Under the pieces are notes generated by a model, which was not told the DNA's origin, searched no databases, and was given only the letters and a program-made list of their open reading frames with translations. From NCBI RefSeq assembly GCF_006345805.1, contig NC_043008.1, forward strand, positions 12,214,001 to 12,278,000: DNA of 64,000 bases, given 5' to 3'. This document shows positions 63,665 to 64,000 of this stretch, in pieces. Position 1 is the stretch's first letter. Each line of letters opens with the position of its first letter. A program made the translations under genes and the position numbers. This DNA is from Octopus sinensis (lineage: Eukaryota).

Positions 63665-64000
63665 TTTCATATATATATGTAAAGAGATAAGTGTGTACAT
63701 ATATGTTTCATGTATGTATATTTATATAAATATGTGAATGGAGATAAAACTCTAGCAGCAGGTACTTTTTTTGTTCTCTGCTATTATGAGTCGTTTTGTC
63801 TGATAAAACAATAACTAATTTCTTTATGTCTGATGGTTTGAGAGGTAGAAGTATGGGAGGCACGTATTCTTATAATTTTGGTTAGAAAAATCTGCATGTT
63901 ACATCCAGGGTAGCAGTTCTGTTTCTGCATTTGGAAGAATCAAAAGAAATAAAAAGAAAAATCTCTTTTCTCTAATGTTGTAAATGTTGAAAAATGTATC

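Overview
AT-rich, repeat-saturated eukaryotic non-coding DNA. The SINE families and (TA)n/(CA)n/(CAT)n load match what I recall of Octopus (coleoid cephalopod) genomes; this is recognition, not a database result. No protein-coding gene can be named. Nearly all long ORFs in the track are microsatellite or minisatellite artefacts. Content: dozens of tRNA-derived SINE copies from at least four families, hAT and mariner MITEs, one non-autonomous Helitron, RTE LINE remnants (one apparently 5'-inverted), and a 55-unit 21/24-bp minisatellite with 46 perfect AP-1 sites. The strongest signal is a set of Penelope-like (PLE) remnants, mostly inside (TA)n tracts, four of them folded back as long inverted repeats. 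Four unrelated sequence families carry minimal, dimer-type hammerhead ribozyme folds. One has the core C3-G8 pair swapped to G3-C8, one has U4C, one has a very long stem II, and one is the tail of a tRNA-headed SINE. Splice-signal evidence alone suggests a minus-strand gene start near 20.8-21.5 kb, a plus-strand recursive-splice-type site at 37065/37066, and two candidate microexons. SINE boundaries are approximate; hairpin, ribozyme and splice-site coordinates were counted base by base.
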